Shown one piece after another: positions 14,532-26,988 of a stretch of 64,000 nucleotides of DNA; the first letter of the stretch is position 1; every line of letters starts with the position of its first letter. The notes beneath the pieces are model-generated. The model did not search any database and was not told where the DNA came from. It saw nothing but the letters and a program-made list of their open reading frames with translations. The DNA is from Eledone cirrhosa (taxonomy: Eukaryota), in contig OZ024740.1 of NCBI GenBank assembly GCA_964016885.1, positions 285,076,001 through 285,140,000 on the forward strand, read 5' to 3'. The position numbers were made by a program, and so were the translations under genes.

Positions 14532-14720
14532 AAGGTAAAATTCCATTATAATGAATATCATTATAATTAATTTTTCAGTATAACAAAATTCTTTTCAATC
14601 CCTGAGGTAATAACAAACAAATGCTCGATTTGTTTTGGTCGATCTCGTTGTAATGAATTTTTCATTACAACTTATTTTTTTTTATCCCCTGTGAATTTCG
14701 TTATAACGGAATTTCACTGT
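14532..14720. mobile_element. Tigger/pogo-like MITE
   Basis: Degenerate TIRs GGTAAAATTCCATTATAATGAA / TTCGTTATAACGGAATTTCACTG followed by TA. Confidence 0.55.
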
Positions 14721-16661
14721 ATAATGTTTTTTATGCGTTTACAGAAAGCTAAATTGGCTCTTCCATAATGTAACTGCTTTGATTTATTTTTCAGAATTAA
14801 AAAGAAAAGTATTATTAAGTTCAAAGGATATTTTATTATTAATTAGTTTGTAGATAGAGAAGCCAAATATTTCTTTTGATTTAAAAAAAAATATTATCAT
14901 TTAATCAGAGAAGGAGGGAGGGGGGGGGGGGGGGGGGGCAGTGCTTATGGTCTTCGCAGACAACTGCCAGGCTGGATAGATGAGAGTAGCACATGGATTG
15001 GCAGTATCGATAGAGAGTCAGACACCTTGCTTTGCAGCATAGAGTTACGGCCCTTTGCAGTCCGAGTTCAAATCCAGCGGAGGTTAACTTTGCCTACATC
15101 CTTAAGGGGTCGATAAAATAAAGCACCAGTAACGTACTGGGGTCAGCTTAATCGACTTTCCCCCTCCCCCTAAATTACTGGCCTAGTGTTCAAGATTAAA
15201 CATGTGCAGATCATCAGTTGTAAGGAAGGAGGATATAGTTGGGAAGAGGATTACAGAGAGGCAGAGTTTTATACAATGCGTCTCCTACATACAGTTTTGA
15301 GCTGTCTAAGAGCTGTGTTGGATATGGTACCTATACATCCTGTTCCTGCAACTGGCTGTGCCAGTTATTGGAGTACCACTTTAGATGATTTTGTAGTCAG
15401 TCATCACCATTGGTCTCTATTCTCCATCATGGGTCTCGGTGTTGTGACCAGTTCGGTCCAGTCTTGGATGTCGGATCAGGAGTTTCTTTGTCTGACTCTT
15501 CTTCGCCCTCCCTTGACTGTGCTTTAAAGGATGGTTTCGGACAAGGAGTTGTGGTGGGCTATATGACCATACCAGGCAAACTTCCATCTTTTTACCATTG
15601 CAAGGATGACTAATTGAACCATAATGACAGGATATTAATCATAAACCCTTAAGTCAACAGTGTCACTTAGGCAAACACACCACCTACATCTTTTGATATT
15701 ACTACAACAGATACAAAACAACAAGGAAGTCTCCATATAGCAGTTTAACAGGATCAAAATAGCCACTAAATATTCATCCCTTTACACCCTACATGTTGTC
15801 TGAAGGATATGATGACACATGGGAACTGATTGAGGTAGCAAAAAGGTTTTAGAAACAAATTGAATTTCAAACTTTAATTGGAATTCCTTTTCAAAAAATA
15901 AAATTTAATTATGTATTGATAATAATTTCTATTTAATCTTCTGATTATCAATTTTGAATTCATAAAAAAATAGAAAAAATAGAAAATACAGCAGAATGAA
16001 TAGAAAAAGTTCTTCACAGGACTGTGAGCCTCTTTCAAAACATGATTTGAGAGGAGGTAGGTAGTAGAGAGGTAGGTAGTAGAACATAGGTTGGAAATTT
16101 AGAAATTTGATTTCTTTATATTAGACATAAAATCGTTTTTAACTTTTAACAAAGGATTGATATAGGTAATTGTTATGCAAAAAAAAATATAAAGGCCCCC
16201 TAAGTGCTGAGCTGGGCTTTCTTCCAATTTTGTGACGTTCAGTTGATGATGGTTAAATTTCTCTTTCAGATATCAAACAGATTTATCACAGGTAAGAATC
16301 AATGTTGAACTGGTATTTATTCCGGACATCTGGAGTAATTGATGGATATAGAATTCATAGTATTGAAATGCAAATGCCTGCAGCTAAATTGAACTCTACA
16401 TCTATGAATTCAAAGTACAATATCATATCCACTCAGCCATTTTGGTTTCAGAATTTTTTTATTCATTTTTTTTTTGTTTATTTGATTCCTCTATTTTATT
16501 GTTACTTATTTTATCTATCCTGGGAAGGTGAAAATTTATATAAACCCTAATGAAATAAGTAAACACAAAAAATAGAAACATGACACCAACTACTACAATG
16601 TATCTAGTTCAGGTTTTAACTGGATTATCAGTAATTAAAAATGTAATATTTCTCATTTTCC

Positions 16662-16667
16662 TTTATT
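16662..16667 (-). promoter_or_regulatory. Candidate polyadenylation signal (AATAAA) of the BtpA-family gene
   Basis: First AATAAA on the minus strand, about 145 nt past the stop codon. Confidence 0.45.
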
Positions 16668-16810
16668 AAGTTATTGTTAAATACTATGAATTAACTATGA
16701 AATATTAATAGAAATGATATATAAAAAAATGGCGTCAGTGGATATAATGATGTACAATGTTTTCAAAAATGTTTCTCTCAGCATTTGTTAAACCTAATCA
16801 GCTAAAGTGT

Positions 16811-17010
16811 TTAACTACTAGTTGATCGTAGCTTCTTCACTTTCTCCATAAAAGAAACAACTCTGTGAATATTCAAATCATTTTTCCAGTGTCCAGCTTC
16901 TTTGAAATGAGATCCAACTATTATAGCATTTGCTTCAAGAAATTTGGATAAATTTTCACATGTGACACCAGAGCCAACAACTACTGGTATATTCACAGCT
17001 TTCTTCACAG
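16811..17010 (-). CDS. BtpA/SgcQ-family protein, terminal coding exon
   Basis: AG acceptor at 17011-17012 after a pyrimidine tract, phase 1. Translates AVKKAVNIPVVVGSGVTCENLSKFLEANAIIVGSHFKEAGHWKNDLNIHRVVSFMEKVKKLRSTSS*, with the PVVVGSGVT and IVGSHFK phosphate-binding TIM-barrel motifs. The ORF-track ORF 16811..17083 reads through into intron. Confidence 0.93.
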
Positions 17011-17654
17011 CTAAAACAGAATAAAAAAAGGTAAAACATTGTTGTCTCTGATGAGGACAAAGCAAGAGTGTATTTGAATACATATAAAAATGAGAATTCT
17101 CATCACTAGAACAGCCGTCTTCTAGCGATGAATTTTCTCACTTTTATATGTATAAAATAAAAAAATCATTGCAACATATAATGTGTAAAAATATTCATGT
17201 ATTCATGTATATATATAAATAAAGTATAATTATCGGAAGAAATAAAACACTTTATGACTTGGATAAGAAAATGTAATAATAAAACATTGTTTATAATTTG
17301 AATCTAGAGCTTTCATCTTTTGTGAGACTTATCACGTCCTAACACCCCACCCACATCCTAACAACCCGCCCTTTATCCATTTCCCTACATCCACAACCAG
17401 ATAAGTTCCCCACCCTAGATCGCCAATCTGCACATCCCACACCCCATCCTCCAGTCCACACTGTAAATGTGGTTGGTGTTAGGAAGGGTCTCCTGCTGTA
17501 GAAACCAAGCCAGAAACAGTTGTGTATGAGCAAGACATAGTCAGCTGATCCGGCTTGTCTCACAACGGAACAACTCATTTAACCAATGCTAGCATGGAAA
17601 AATGGACGTGAAATGGTGATGATGTTGATTATGATGATATATATGTCTTGCAGT

Positions 17655-18240
17655 CTATAATAGAAAAGTTTAAGACTGGTTGTCCATGGGAACTTTCATA
17701 TGTTGACGATTAGACCCTCATTACCGAATCTATGACAAAATTAGAAAAGAAATTTCATATATGGGGGTGTAGCTTGGAAACAAAAGGCCTTAAAGTTAAC
17801 TTGGCAAAGACAAAATCTTAGTAAGTAGAAAGGAAAACAGGGCCCTGATCCCGCCAGGGAAAAGGCCCTCCTCATTGTGCAGGAAAGAAGTAGGTAGAAA
17901 CTCCATCCTGTGTCCCAAATGCAAATTATGGGTACACAAAAGATGTAGCGATAACTCAGGCAGGCTCACAAACAACATAGATTTCATATGCAGACATTGC
18001 ACAGGGGCAGTAAGCAAAAATCCACAGGAAACAAGTTCTTATAAATGCACAGAGGACTCTGTAGAACTAGTTGGCAGTTTCTGCAACCTGGGAAGCCAAA
18101 TCACCAGTGGAGGTGGGAGCTCAGAAAATACAGTTGCTAGAGAAATGATGGGATGAAAACAGTTGAGAAAGTTGCTGCTACTACAAGAAATCTCTCCCTC
18201 AAGCTAAAAGTTAAGTTGTTTGATGTGCAAACAGCAATGC
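17655..18240 (+). mobile_element. RTE-clade LINE internal fragment (RT end plus C-rich insertion)
   Basis: Decayed CPWEL.YVDD, GLKVNLAKTK, C..CRKEVGRNSILCPKCKLWVHKRCS, VGSFCNLGS. Confidence 0.75.
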
Positions 18241-20181
18241 AACATACAACATAAGCTGACAACCCAGTCAGCCCACACCATATGTGTGGTCTGTGCTTAT
18301 GAAGGGCATCCAGTAGCTGCAAAAACCATGATGGTAATACCCAGCTCCACACTGTAAACATGGTTGGTGTTAGAAATGGGCATCCAACTGTAAAAATCAT
18401 AGCCAAAATATGATTTTGTTGTGTGCAAGGCACAATGTGGCAAACTTGCCAGACTTACCGCATAACAAGATTATCCACCCCTCCTTCATTCCCACACTGT
18501 GGTTGAGGCTTAGGAAGGGCATCCAGCAGTCATAAAAACCCAGCCAAAATGCTGTCCCGCTATGAGGAGGGTATCGTGTGGCCAACTAACCAGAATTGCC
18601 TCATAACAGGACCACCCAGCTCCATGCTGTAAACTTGGTTGGTGCTATGAAGGGCATCCAGCAACCATAAAAACTCAGCTAAAACATGGTCCTTCTTGGA
18701 GCAAGGCACAATGTAGCCAACTGGCCAGACCTCCCTCATAACGAGGCCACCCAGCTCTCAAAATATTGTTCTGCTATGAGCAAGGGTATGAAGCAGCCAA
18801 CTCGCCAGACCCTGCCCCTTAACAGAACCATCCAGTTCCACACTGTAAATGTGGTTGAGGCTTAGGAAAGGCATATATCAGTCGTAAAAATCCAGTCAAA
18901 ACATAGTCTTGCTATGAGCAAGGTATGGCATGGCCAACTGGCAAGACTTCCTCATAACAGGAGCACCTATCTCCCAAAATACTGTTCCACTATGAGCAAG
19001 GTATGGTGTGGCCAACTAGCCAGACTTGTTTTATAATGGGACAACCTAGTTTCACACTGTAAACAAGCGTGGTTGGTGTTAAGAAGGGCATCCAAAAACT
19101 ATAAAAACCCAACCAAAACACAGTCCCGCTGTCTGCAAAGAACAGCGTAGCCAACTGACCAGACATCCCTCATAACAGGACCACCTACCTCCCAAAATAC
19201 TGTTCCACTATGAGCAAGGTATGGTGTGGTCAACTGGCCAGATTTGCCTCATAATGATACCACCCAGTTCTACACTGTAAACACTGTAAGTGTGGTTGGT
19301 ACTCGGAAGGGCATCCAGAGACTGTAAAAGCCCAACCAAAATACAGTCCCGTTATGAGCAAGGTATTGCACGGCCAACTAGCCAGACGTCCCTCATAATG
19401 AGACTACCTAGCTCCCAAAATACAGTTCCGCTATGAGCAGAGGACAGTGTGGCCAACTGGCCAGACCCTCCTCATAATGGGACCACCCAGTTCCACAACG
19501 TGAACGTAGTTAGTGTTAGGAAGGGCACCCATTAACTGTCGGATCGGCAAAGGAGCTGCAGTTTTCCAGTGGATGCATCCAGTCTGATTGTCTTCATGCA
19601 TCAGCACCAGGATCAAGATGCGCCTGTACGAGATCATTGTGCTGCCGACAGTGCTTTACGCAAGCGAAACCTGGAAGAGCACAGCAAAGATAGAGAGAGA
19701 CAGCTGAGCGCTTTAAACCAGCAGTGCCTGCGAATTATCCTTCATGTGTCCTGGCACGACCGAATGAAAAACGAGGAAATCCTGCGGAGAGCTGAGTTGT
19801 GGACGTTGCAGAGGATTGTCACGGAGCACTGGTGTTGCCTGGCTGGCCATATTCTGCGCTTGCCCAACAAACGACCCTCGAAAACAGCAATGAACTGGAC
19901 TCCACAGGGTATGTCTTGCTAATAAGTGTTTTTACGGAGGTACCTGGTCTTTCTACTATCTTAATATTGAGTTTATGTTTATTGAGTTTATGTTTATTTC
20001 TTATTGGCAACATGACCCTCCCAAAGTATAACAATATCGGTTTCAACACACGATTTCAGATAAAGAATCTTGCTAAACAAATTCAGAAACGAAATATATA
20101 TATATAATTTATATATTAATATAAGCAAGTATTGCACTAAGAAAAATAAAACGTCGGTGTGAAGAGATTATGGATTTATTT

Positions 20182-20291
20182 GCTTTGACATGTTTCTGTG
20201 TCTATTATAAATTGTCTACATATGCTGACTACAATATATATTGTTCAATCATATGCAATACTTAATTATTTATTACACTTCATCAGAAAAC
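20182..20291 (-). ncRNA. Type I hammerhead ribozyme with long helix II insertion
   Basis: GTTTT-CTGATGA-A-GTGT(~73 nt partly self-paired)ACAC-A-GAAAC(AT)GTC^AAAGC followed by AAATAAA. Confidence 0.7.
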
Positions 20292-20879
20292 CTATAGGAG
20301 TAGAATTCAACTATTCACTACTAGGTAGAATTCAGTAATGAGATTTTCATTTAAGAAAACGTAAACAAGTCAAAAATAGCATGAAATAGAGTGAGTTAGT
20401 GTGATAGTTGAGAGAGAGAGAGGAAGTGGGGGTAAATAGTTTCACTATCAATTCCTGTGCTGTGATGTGGAACAATTATTCTTTGACCATTATTATAGGT
20501 GAAGTGGATTGGCAGTATAGGTAGAGGATCGGACGCCATGCTTTGACGCATAGAGTTACGGCCCTTGCCATTCTGAGTTCAAATCCCGCCGAGGTTAACT
20601 TTGCCTTTCATCCTTACGGGGTCGATAAAATAAAGTACCAGTAATACACTGGATATTTGCTGGCCTTGTGCCAAAAGTAGAAACAATTATTATAGGTGAA
20701 AGTTTTGATGTTTACCATATATGGGGGTAGAGAAGGTATAAAGAGAGGGACAGAGAAAGATAAGGTAGAGATTAAAAGTAGGCTACAGTGGGCAAGGAGG
20801 AAAGGAATTAAGAAAATGGGATTGTTTTGAATATTCCTGAATCTATTGGGTGAGAAAAGTTCAAATGCCACAGAAAATG

Positions 20880-21630
20880 TAACTCAGGCAAACTAACAGG
20901 TAGGGAAAACGATGTATGCAGTAGATGTACAGGGAAATTTGACAAGTAGAAGTCGCAGTGATAGACACATTTTTCAAATGCAGGTGGGTTCTATAGAAGT
21001 GGTTGATAGCTTCCGGTACCTAGGTGATCAGATTAGCATGGGAGGGGGGGGGGGTTCCGAGGCCATACTATCTAGAATAAGGATGGGTTGGAAGAAGTTT
21101 AGGCAGCTGCTTCCTCTGTTGACAAAGAAGGGTTTTTCCCTGCATACAAAAGGCTGATTATATGATGCCTGTATGAGATGCGTGATGCTGCATGGTAGTG
21201 AGACAAGGGCAGCAACTGTAGAGGATATGCGACCAATGGAGAGAAATGAAGCAAGCATGCTCTGTTGGATGTGCAATGTCAATGTGCGTGAACGACCAAG
21301 CATAGATGAGTTGAGAGAGAAACTGTGTATAAGAGGGATAAGTTGTAGTGTGCGGGAGAGAAGACTGCGAGGGTTTGGACATGTGATGCGCATGGAGGAT
21401 AACTGCTGGGTAAAGAAGTGCCAAGAAATCCCAGTAGAAGGAAGACGCAATAGAGGAAGACCACGAAAAACTTGGGCGGAGGTGGTGAGAGCAGACCTCA
21501 GATTGCTGAAGCTCACGGAGGAGATGGTGAAGGGCTGTGACAAGTGGAGAGATGCTGTGCTGAATAGGACCTGTTCCACCCTTGCAAGCAGGGAAAATTG
21601 GACATAAAATGGTGATGATGATGAGGATGA
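20880..21630 (+). mobile_element. RTE-clade LINE 3' fragment with (TGA)n tail
   Basis: EVVDSFRYLGDQIS..SRIRMGWKKFRQLLPLL, VMLHGSET, RERRLRGFGHVMRM, GRRNRGRPRKTW. Confidence 0.85.
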
Positions 21631-22395
21631 GATACAATAACAACAACCACACTATAAACACACACCAACTCAGACACGAACACACACCAACTCAGACACG
21701 AACACACACCAAACAGAAAACACATACACAAATGCATGCGCAAACAGAGACAAGAATAAATAAATAAATAAAAATGGAATATAGATTACAATACAACAGG
21801 AAGAAACATAATAGTACCATTGATGATGACACAGGTGTGTGATGAAAGAACTTTGATAGACTATATATATATATTTATATATATATTTTTAACCGCTGGT
21901 CAATCAATGATAAACATTGATTGCCAGCTAAATTAACTATAGGGATATAAAATATACAGAAGCGAAAACCAATCCAAACCAAACAGTGAGTGTATTTTAT
22001 TACCATTTCTGGCAATATCATAACAATATGACCCTCCCCAAATATAACAATATATCATCATCATCATCATCATTTCATTTTACGTCCGCTTTTTCCCTGC
22101 TTGCAAGGGTGGGACGGGAACTGATTTTGGCTTAATTTCTACAGCTGGATGCCCTTCCTAACACCAACCTCATTTACAGTGAGTGCTGGGTGCTTTTTTG
22201 CCGTAGCACCTCCACGACCACTTTGCAGTGGAATGATAGGGACTCCTGTCCCTATCATCTCATTTCTACAGCTGAGTAAACTGGAGCAATGTGAAATAAA
22301 GTGTCTTTCCCAAGGAAACAACACATCACCCGGTCTGAGAATTGAACTCACAACCTTTCGATTGCAAGGCCAATGCTCTAACTACTAATATAACA

Positions 22396-22590
22396 AGGAG
22401 GGTGTGGTAAGATGCCAGGTGGACCATAATGCACCAGCATACTCGATACTTGGTGTAGTAGAGTGGGTAATATGAAAAGTTTCAGGACCCTGACGGCTGA
22501 GCTCTGGCCATTTCGACAGCTAGATCCGAGTTCGGATCTAGCTGTAGAAACGGCTGGAGCTCAACTGTCGGGGTCCTGAATCTTTTCATA
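22396..22590 (-). mobile_element. Hairpin element family A, copy 1
   Basis: 59-bp imperfect stem 22471-22590 with the same conserved flank and an adjacent (TA)n. Confidence 0.75.
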
Positions 22591-22773
22591 TATATATATA
22601 CAGATTGTGTAACAGTGACTGCACTAATGTGTATATAAATATACGACAGTCCTATGCGAGCAAGACAACCACTCTTGCCTCAAGTAGGAAAACCCCCGTC
22701 CAAACCCATGCAAGCGTGGAACACGGACGCTAAACCTGATGATGATGATGATGATGACACATATATGTATATA

Positions 22774-23543
22774 TCTATATATCTAAAACAGAGAACGTCT
22801 GTCTGTCTCTCTGACTCCCTAAAACTCGAGAACTACCCAACCGATTGTTTTCAAACATTATACATGTAATACTTATGGTCGTGTGAGTGTTTTGAGCAAA
22901 AAATATTTCAAATTTTCAATGCCATAGGGACCTCATTAGGCGATTTAGCGATCTCTCTCTGTAATTCTTAGTCTGTCTTTTTAGATAGACACACAGCTAC
23001 GATGTCGCGTCCTTATAATATCTGTTTGTATGTCTGGCTGTCTGCATTATGACATTATGACACTATCTGTGTGTGTGTGTATATATGTATGTATAGTGTG
23101 TGTGTATATATATATATAGTGTGTGTAACGCTTTTCGAAATATTTACTGCTGCATTCACAGATTGATTTTTTTAGTTTCAGAAGATCCCGTTAAGGATGA
23201 AAGCAGCGATTCTTTGCTTAAACTTTAATCTGTTATTTTAATATATATATATAATTATATATTCGTGTACAGATAGTTTTGCATACACAACAAAATATAA
23301 ACAAAAGTATTTATTTCCCGAGGCTCGATAGCAGCAAAAACAACAAAAAAGAGAGGGAACGCAATTACATGCTTTTGAAAAATCTCAATGGAAAATTATT
23401 TGCCTATTCATCCAAGGTGACTTCACTTTTTATTAGGACTTCTGCATCAATTGGTGAACATATGACGAAACTGTTTCAGAAAGGAGGGATAAACATGCCA
23501 ATCTATGTTTAGAATCCTGAGCAACGCCGGGCCATTCTGCTAG
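22774..23543 (+). mobile_element. Non-autonomous Helitron
   Basis: 5' TC (TCTATATATCTAAAA) after an A, GTCT microsatellite near the 5' end, subterminal GC-rich hairpin-like CCTGAGCAACGCCGGG, and 3' CTAG followed by T. Confidence 0.7.
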
Positions 23544-23596
23544 TATATATCTATATCTGTCTATCTATCTCTCCCTCTCTTTCTCTCCCCACCATT

Positions 23597-23639
<43 letters not shown>

Positions 23640-23727
23640 GTTCATAAATGGAACAAAAGCGCTACCAAAAGTTTCCCAATTATGACCATCTCCCCAGATT
23701 GTAAGAGCGATCAAATTTGCAACCTAG

Positions 23728-23781
<54 letters not shown>

Positions 23782-23852
23782 CTAAAGAAATATGCATATT
23801 TACATATAACAAAAAAAAAGAGAGGAAAAAAAAGGTGTGTCAGAGAGAGAGG

Positions 23853-23911
<59 letters not shown>

Positions 23912-24979
23912 TGTGTGTGTAACAAGATAATCTATGTAACAAAATATATAGCTATACATTACAAAATCTTCATTAATGAATTACTTGTATTTGTACAACA
24001 GTGAATGTTTGGATGTTTGTAAATAGATATATCAAAATTCTTCACAGTGAAGAACAAAATATGGTTTAATGCTACAACAATATATTCCAGTTTTAAATTC
24101 CAAAGGGATGTAAAATGTCTTGAAAAATGTTCTATGGGGAAAAGTTCTTATCATTTAGTTGTACATAGATAGTTTGCAAAGAACCCATTTATGTACTTCA
24201 GTAATAAAGTCTGATATGCCTAGTAAGTGCAAAATATATCAAATTTCAGTTCTTCATTATTCTTGGTACCTTTAGGTAAATCAAAAGAATTTTTTTTTTT
24301 TTTTTTTTATTGTAGAAGAGTATCTAATAAGAGTTTAACTGAAAATAGTGTCAATGTGTTAAAAAAAAAAGGAATAACTTTTTGAATGACTATTCTCTTC
24401 CCTCATTTTTATCATCCATAACATTGTTTTCTTTCCTAGCTTGCTTAGTCACCTAGCTGTTTTTTAAACTCTTTTCTAACACTCACCCTGCTCACTGCAT
24501 TTTTTTCACTCATACACCCACCAACGATACCTTACTCATCGGTTATTTGTAACAATAGTGAATGGTTTTGTTACAACTTTAAGGAGGGAATGTATTGATC
24601 TGAAATATAAGTGAGCTGAGAAATTTGAGTAGGATCCTTTACGAATTTGAACAGTGGAATAAATGTTAAGTGGATTATATATTTTATTTGGACAGCTTAG
24701 TTCAGGTAGTTATGCTATGGCTCATTCAGTTGGGTAAACTATCCACCCACACAAGCATGTTGCATGAACACATGCTAAGACGTCATATGATCTTCAAATG
24801 AGGCCAAAAAAATCTGATATACATCTTTGCAGTTTCAATGTCTGATCAGGCAAAACTTGACAAAGCTCACAACTCACAAAGAAAGTATTCTAACCTATTT
24901 ATGAATAAAAAGAAAAAAATGTTAAGGGAGGACTATAACAAGAAAGTTAACAAATTAAATATATGTTGCAACCTGCTTT

Positions 24980-25156
24980 TCAATGTAGCTGGGCCACATG
25001 AGCCAATGGGCCACATGAGACAACTAATTGTGCACATTGCAACTAATATTTTTTTAATTGTATATTACGCTCATGCTGTAAAAACCTTTGTGTGGGCCGC
25101 AGGTGTGCTTGTAAAAGGCCACATGTGGCCCACAGGCCACATGTTTGACATGCCTG
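24980..25156. mobile_element. hAT-like element right end
   Basis: GGCCAC subterminal repeats ending in GTTTGACATGCCTG followed by GTTTAAAG. Confidence 0.45.
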
Positions 25157-26229
25157 GTTTAAAGCATGGTGTCTGATGTCCTACCGATACTGCCAATCTA
25201 CTAATATAATAGCCTTGTGTATTTGTCCATAACGCAGTAGAGATGACTGAGGAAGTAAGGGGTGATGACAAAACTTCAGAAAGCAGTGTCTAACATTTGC
25301 TACACCTGTGTGTGTGTATTTATATAGCGAATTGGCTACACACATTGGCTTTTATAATTATGTGAGTGTTTGTGTGTGTGTATATGTATCATCATCATCA
25401 TCATCATTATCGTTTAACATCTATCTTCCATGCTAGCATGGGTTAGACAGGAGTTGTCCCAATTTGAGGCAAGGTTGATCGGGTGATCGTGTCTCACTCA
25501 TATAGGACTATCTGGCAGGTTTTCTACGGCTGGATGCCTTTCCTAACACCAACCACATTTACAGTGTGGAACTGGGAACTTTTTACCATGTTACCTACAC
25601 GGCCACATTACAGCATGGACTGTGTGTTTTTGTGGTGACACCTACATGATCTCGATCTCATTATCTCATTTATTTGGACTGGATGTTGTGGTACCAACTT
25701 TACAGACAGAGGGTGGTGTTGGTGGGAGTTGTAGGATGGAGTAGGGGTAGTGGGTTGGGGTGTATATTTGGTTAAGAGGTGCCTACTCACTGTAGGTTTT
25801 GCTTTGTACATAGGCAAGGCGGGTCTTCTGTATTACTGCGTGGCGCCAAAGATCTCGTTCCAGTGACATTGTCTTAGAGAGGTGCAAGTGTGTAAGGGCG
25901 GAATTTATCAAATCGTCCCAGGTTTTTCTGGGTCTACCTACTCCATAACTTCCATCAATTTTGATCGCCCTGCACTTTTTTATACAGCTGTCGTCTTTCA
26001 TGCACATCACGTGACCATACCAATGTAGTCTTCTCTCAAGTAAACAGCATCTGATCTCTCTTATTCCTAATTTCTCACTTGTTTGTGAAAATTATATTTA
26101 TATATAATATTTGTGTTTGTGTATGTTTATTTAGAAAGATACATAGATAATAGAATTACAAACACACACACATCTACGCATACATATATATAAATAGACA
26201 CACTTAGAAAAAATAATATTACATACACA

Positions 26230-26449
26230 CACACATCTATGTGATGACTGAGGAAGAAGTGGGTGGTGAGAAGCTATAGAAGTCCAGTGTTCTAAGATTC
26301 ATTATAGCTGTGTTTGTGTGTTTGTATCACTTGTGTGAGTGATCGCGAAGGAATCAACCAACTAGCCAACAAACAAACAAACATCTCTTTTTTCATATTA
26401 TGTATATATTACAATTAGCCGTCATTTTTGACAGCACGAGGCCAGCTAG
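26230..26449 (+). mobile_element. Helitron-like 3' end
   Basis: GCCGTCA-TTTT-TGACAGC hairpin about 10 nt before CTAG|T; related sequence at 25240-25320. The 5' boundary is approximate. Confidence 0.45.
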
Positions 26450-26497
26450 TATGATAATAAAAATTAAGAGAGCAAAAAAAATAAGGCAGAAACCTAC

Positions 26498-26625
26498 CTT
26501 CCAGTTCAGATTGATCAGCTGGAAAACCTGTGGATGTTCCTGTCAGAATTACTCCATCACTTAAGAAGAATTCTGCAGCCTTCGCAGTTTCAACTGTATC
26601 AATATCTTCTGTAATGCTGTGAGAG
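26498..26625 (-). CDS. BtpA/SgcQ-family protein, internal coding exon
   Basis: 128-nt exon with TAG acceptor (26626-26628) and GTAGGT donor (from 26497), phase 2 to 1, in frame with both neighbours. Translates SHSITEDIDTVETAKAAEFFLSDGVILTGTSTGFPADQSELE (DGVILTG..TG motif). Confidence 0.93.
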
Positions 26626-26759
26626 CTAGTTTTAAATTTGAATTTTGTAAAAATATAAACAATGTCTTTTAGGCATAGTTAAATTTAATTAAAAACATAA
26701 CTTTTTGTGAAAAATGAAAATTTCAAGTATGTGTTCACATTAGATTTAAATGTGTACCT

Positions 26760-26988
26760 TTAACCCTTTAGTATTTACATTACTCTATATATACTATTAT
26801 ATTTTCATGGTAAAGGTTTTATCTTACATAATTATCTCACAAAATATCGAATCTACGATATTTTGATGTCAATTATTTCAAGAACAATACCTTAACATCA
26901 GTATGAGTGGCTGATTACAGCCGGTTTGAACAGAAAGAGGTGAGAGAATTCTGGCCAGATATAGCCAGTTTAAATGCTAAAGGGTTAA
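26760..26988. mobile_element. piggyBac-type MITE (related copies at 44142-44856 and 62473-63075, both interrupted by SINE/RTE inserts, and 46727-46930)
   Basis: TTAA-CCCTTTAGTATTTA ... TAAATGCTAAAGGG-TTAA. Confidence 0.75.

Noticed and set aside
17049-17080. CTGATGAGGAC as a hammerhead core
   Set aside because: No pairing helix II or GAAA/NUH downstream.
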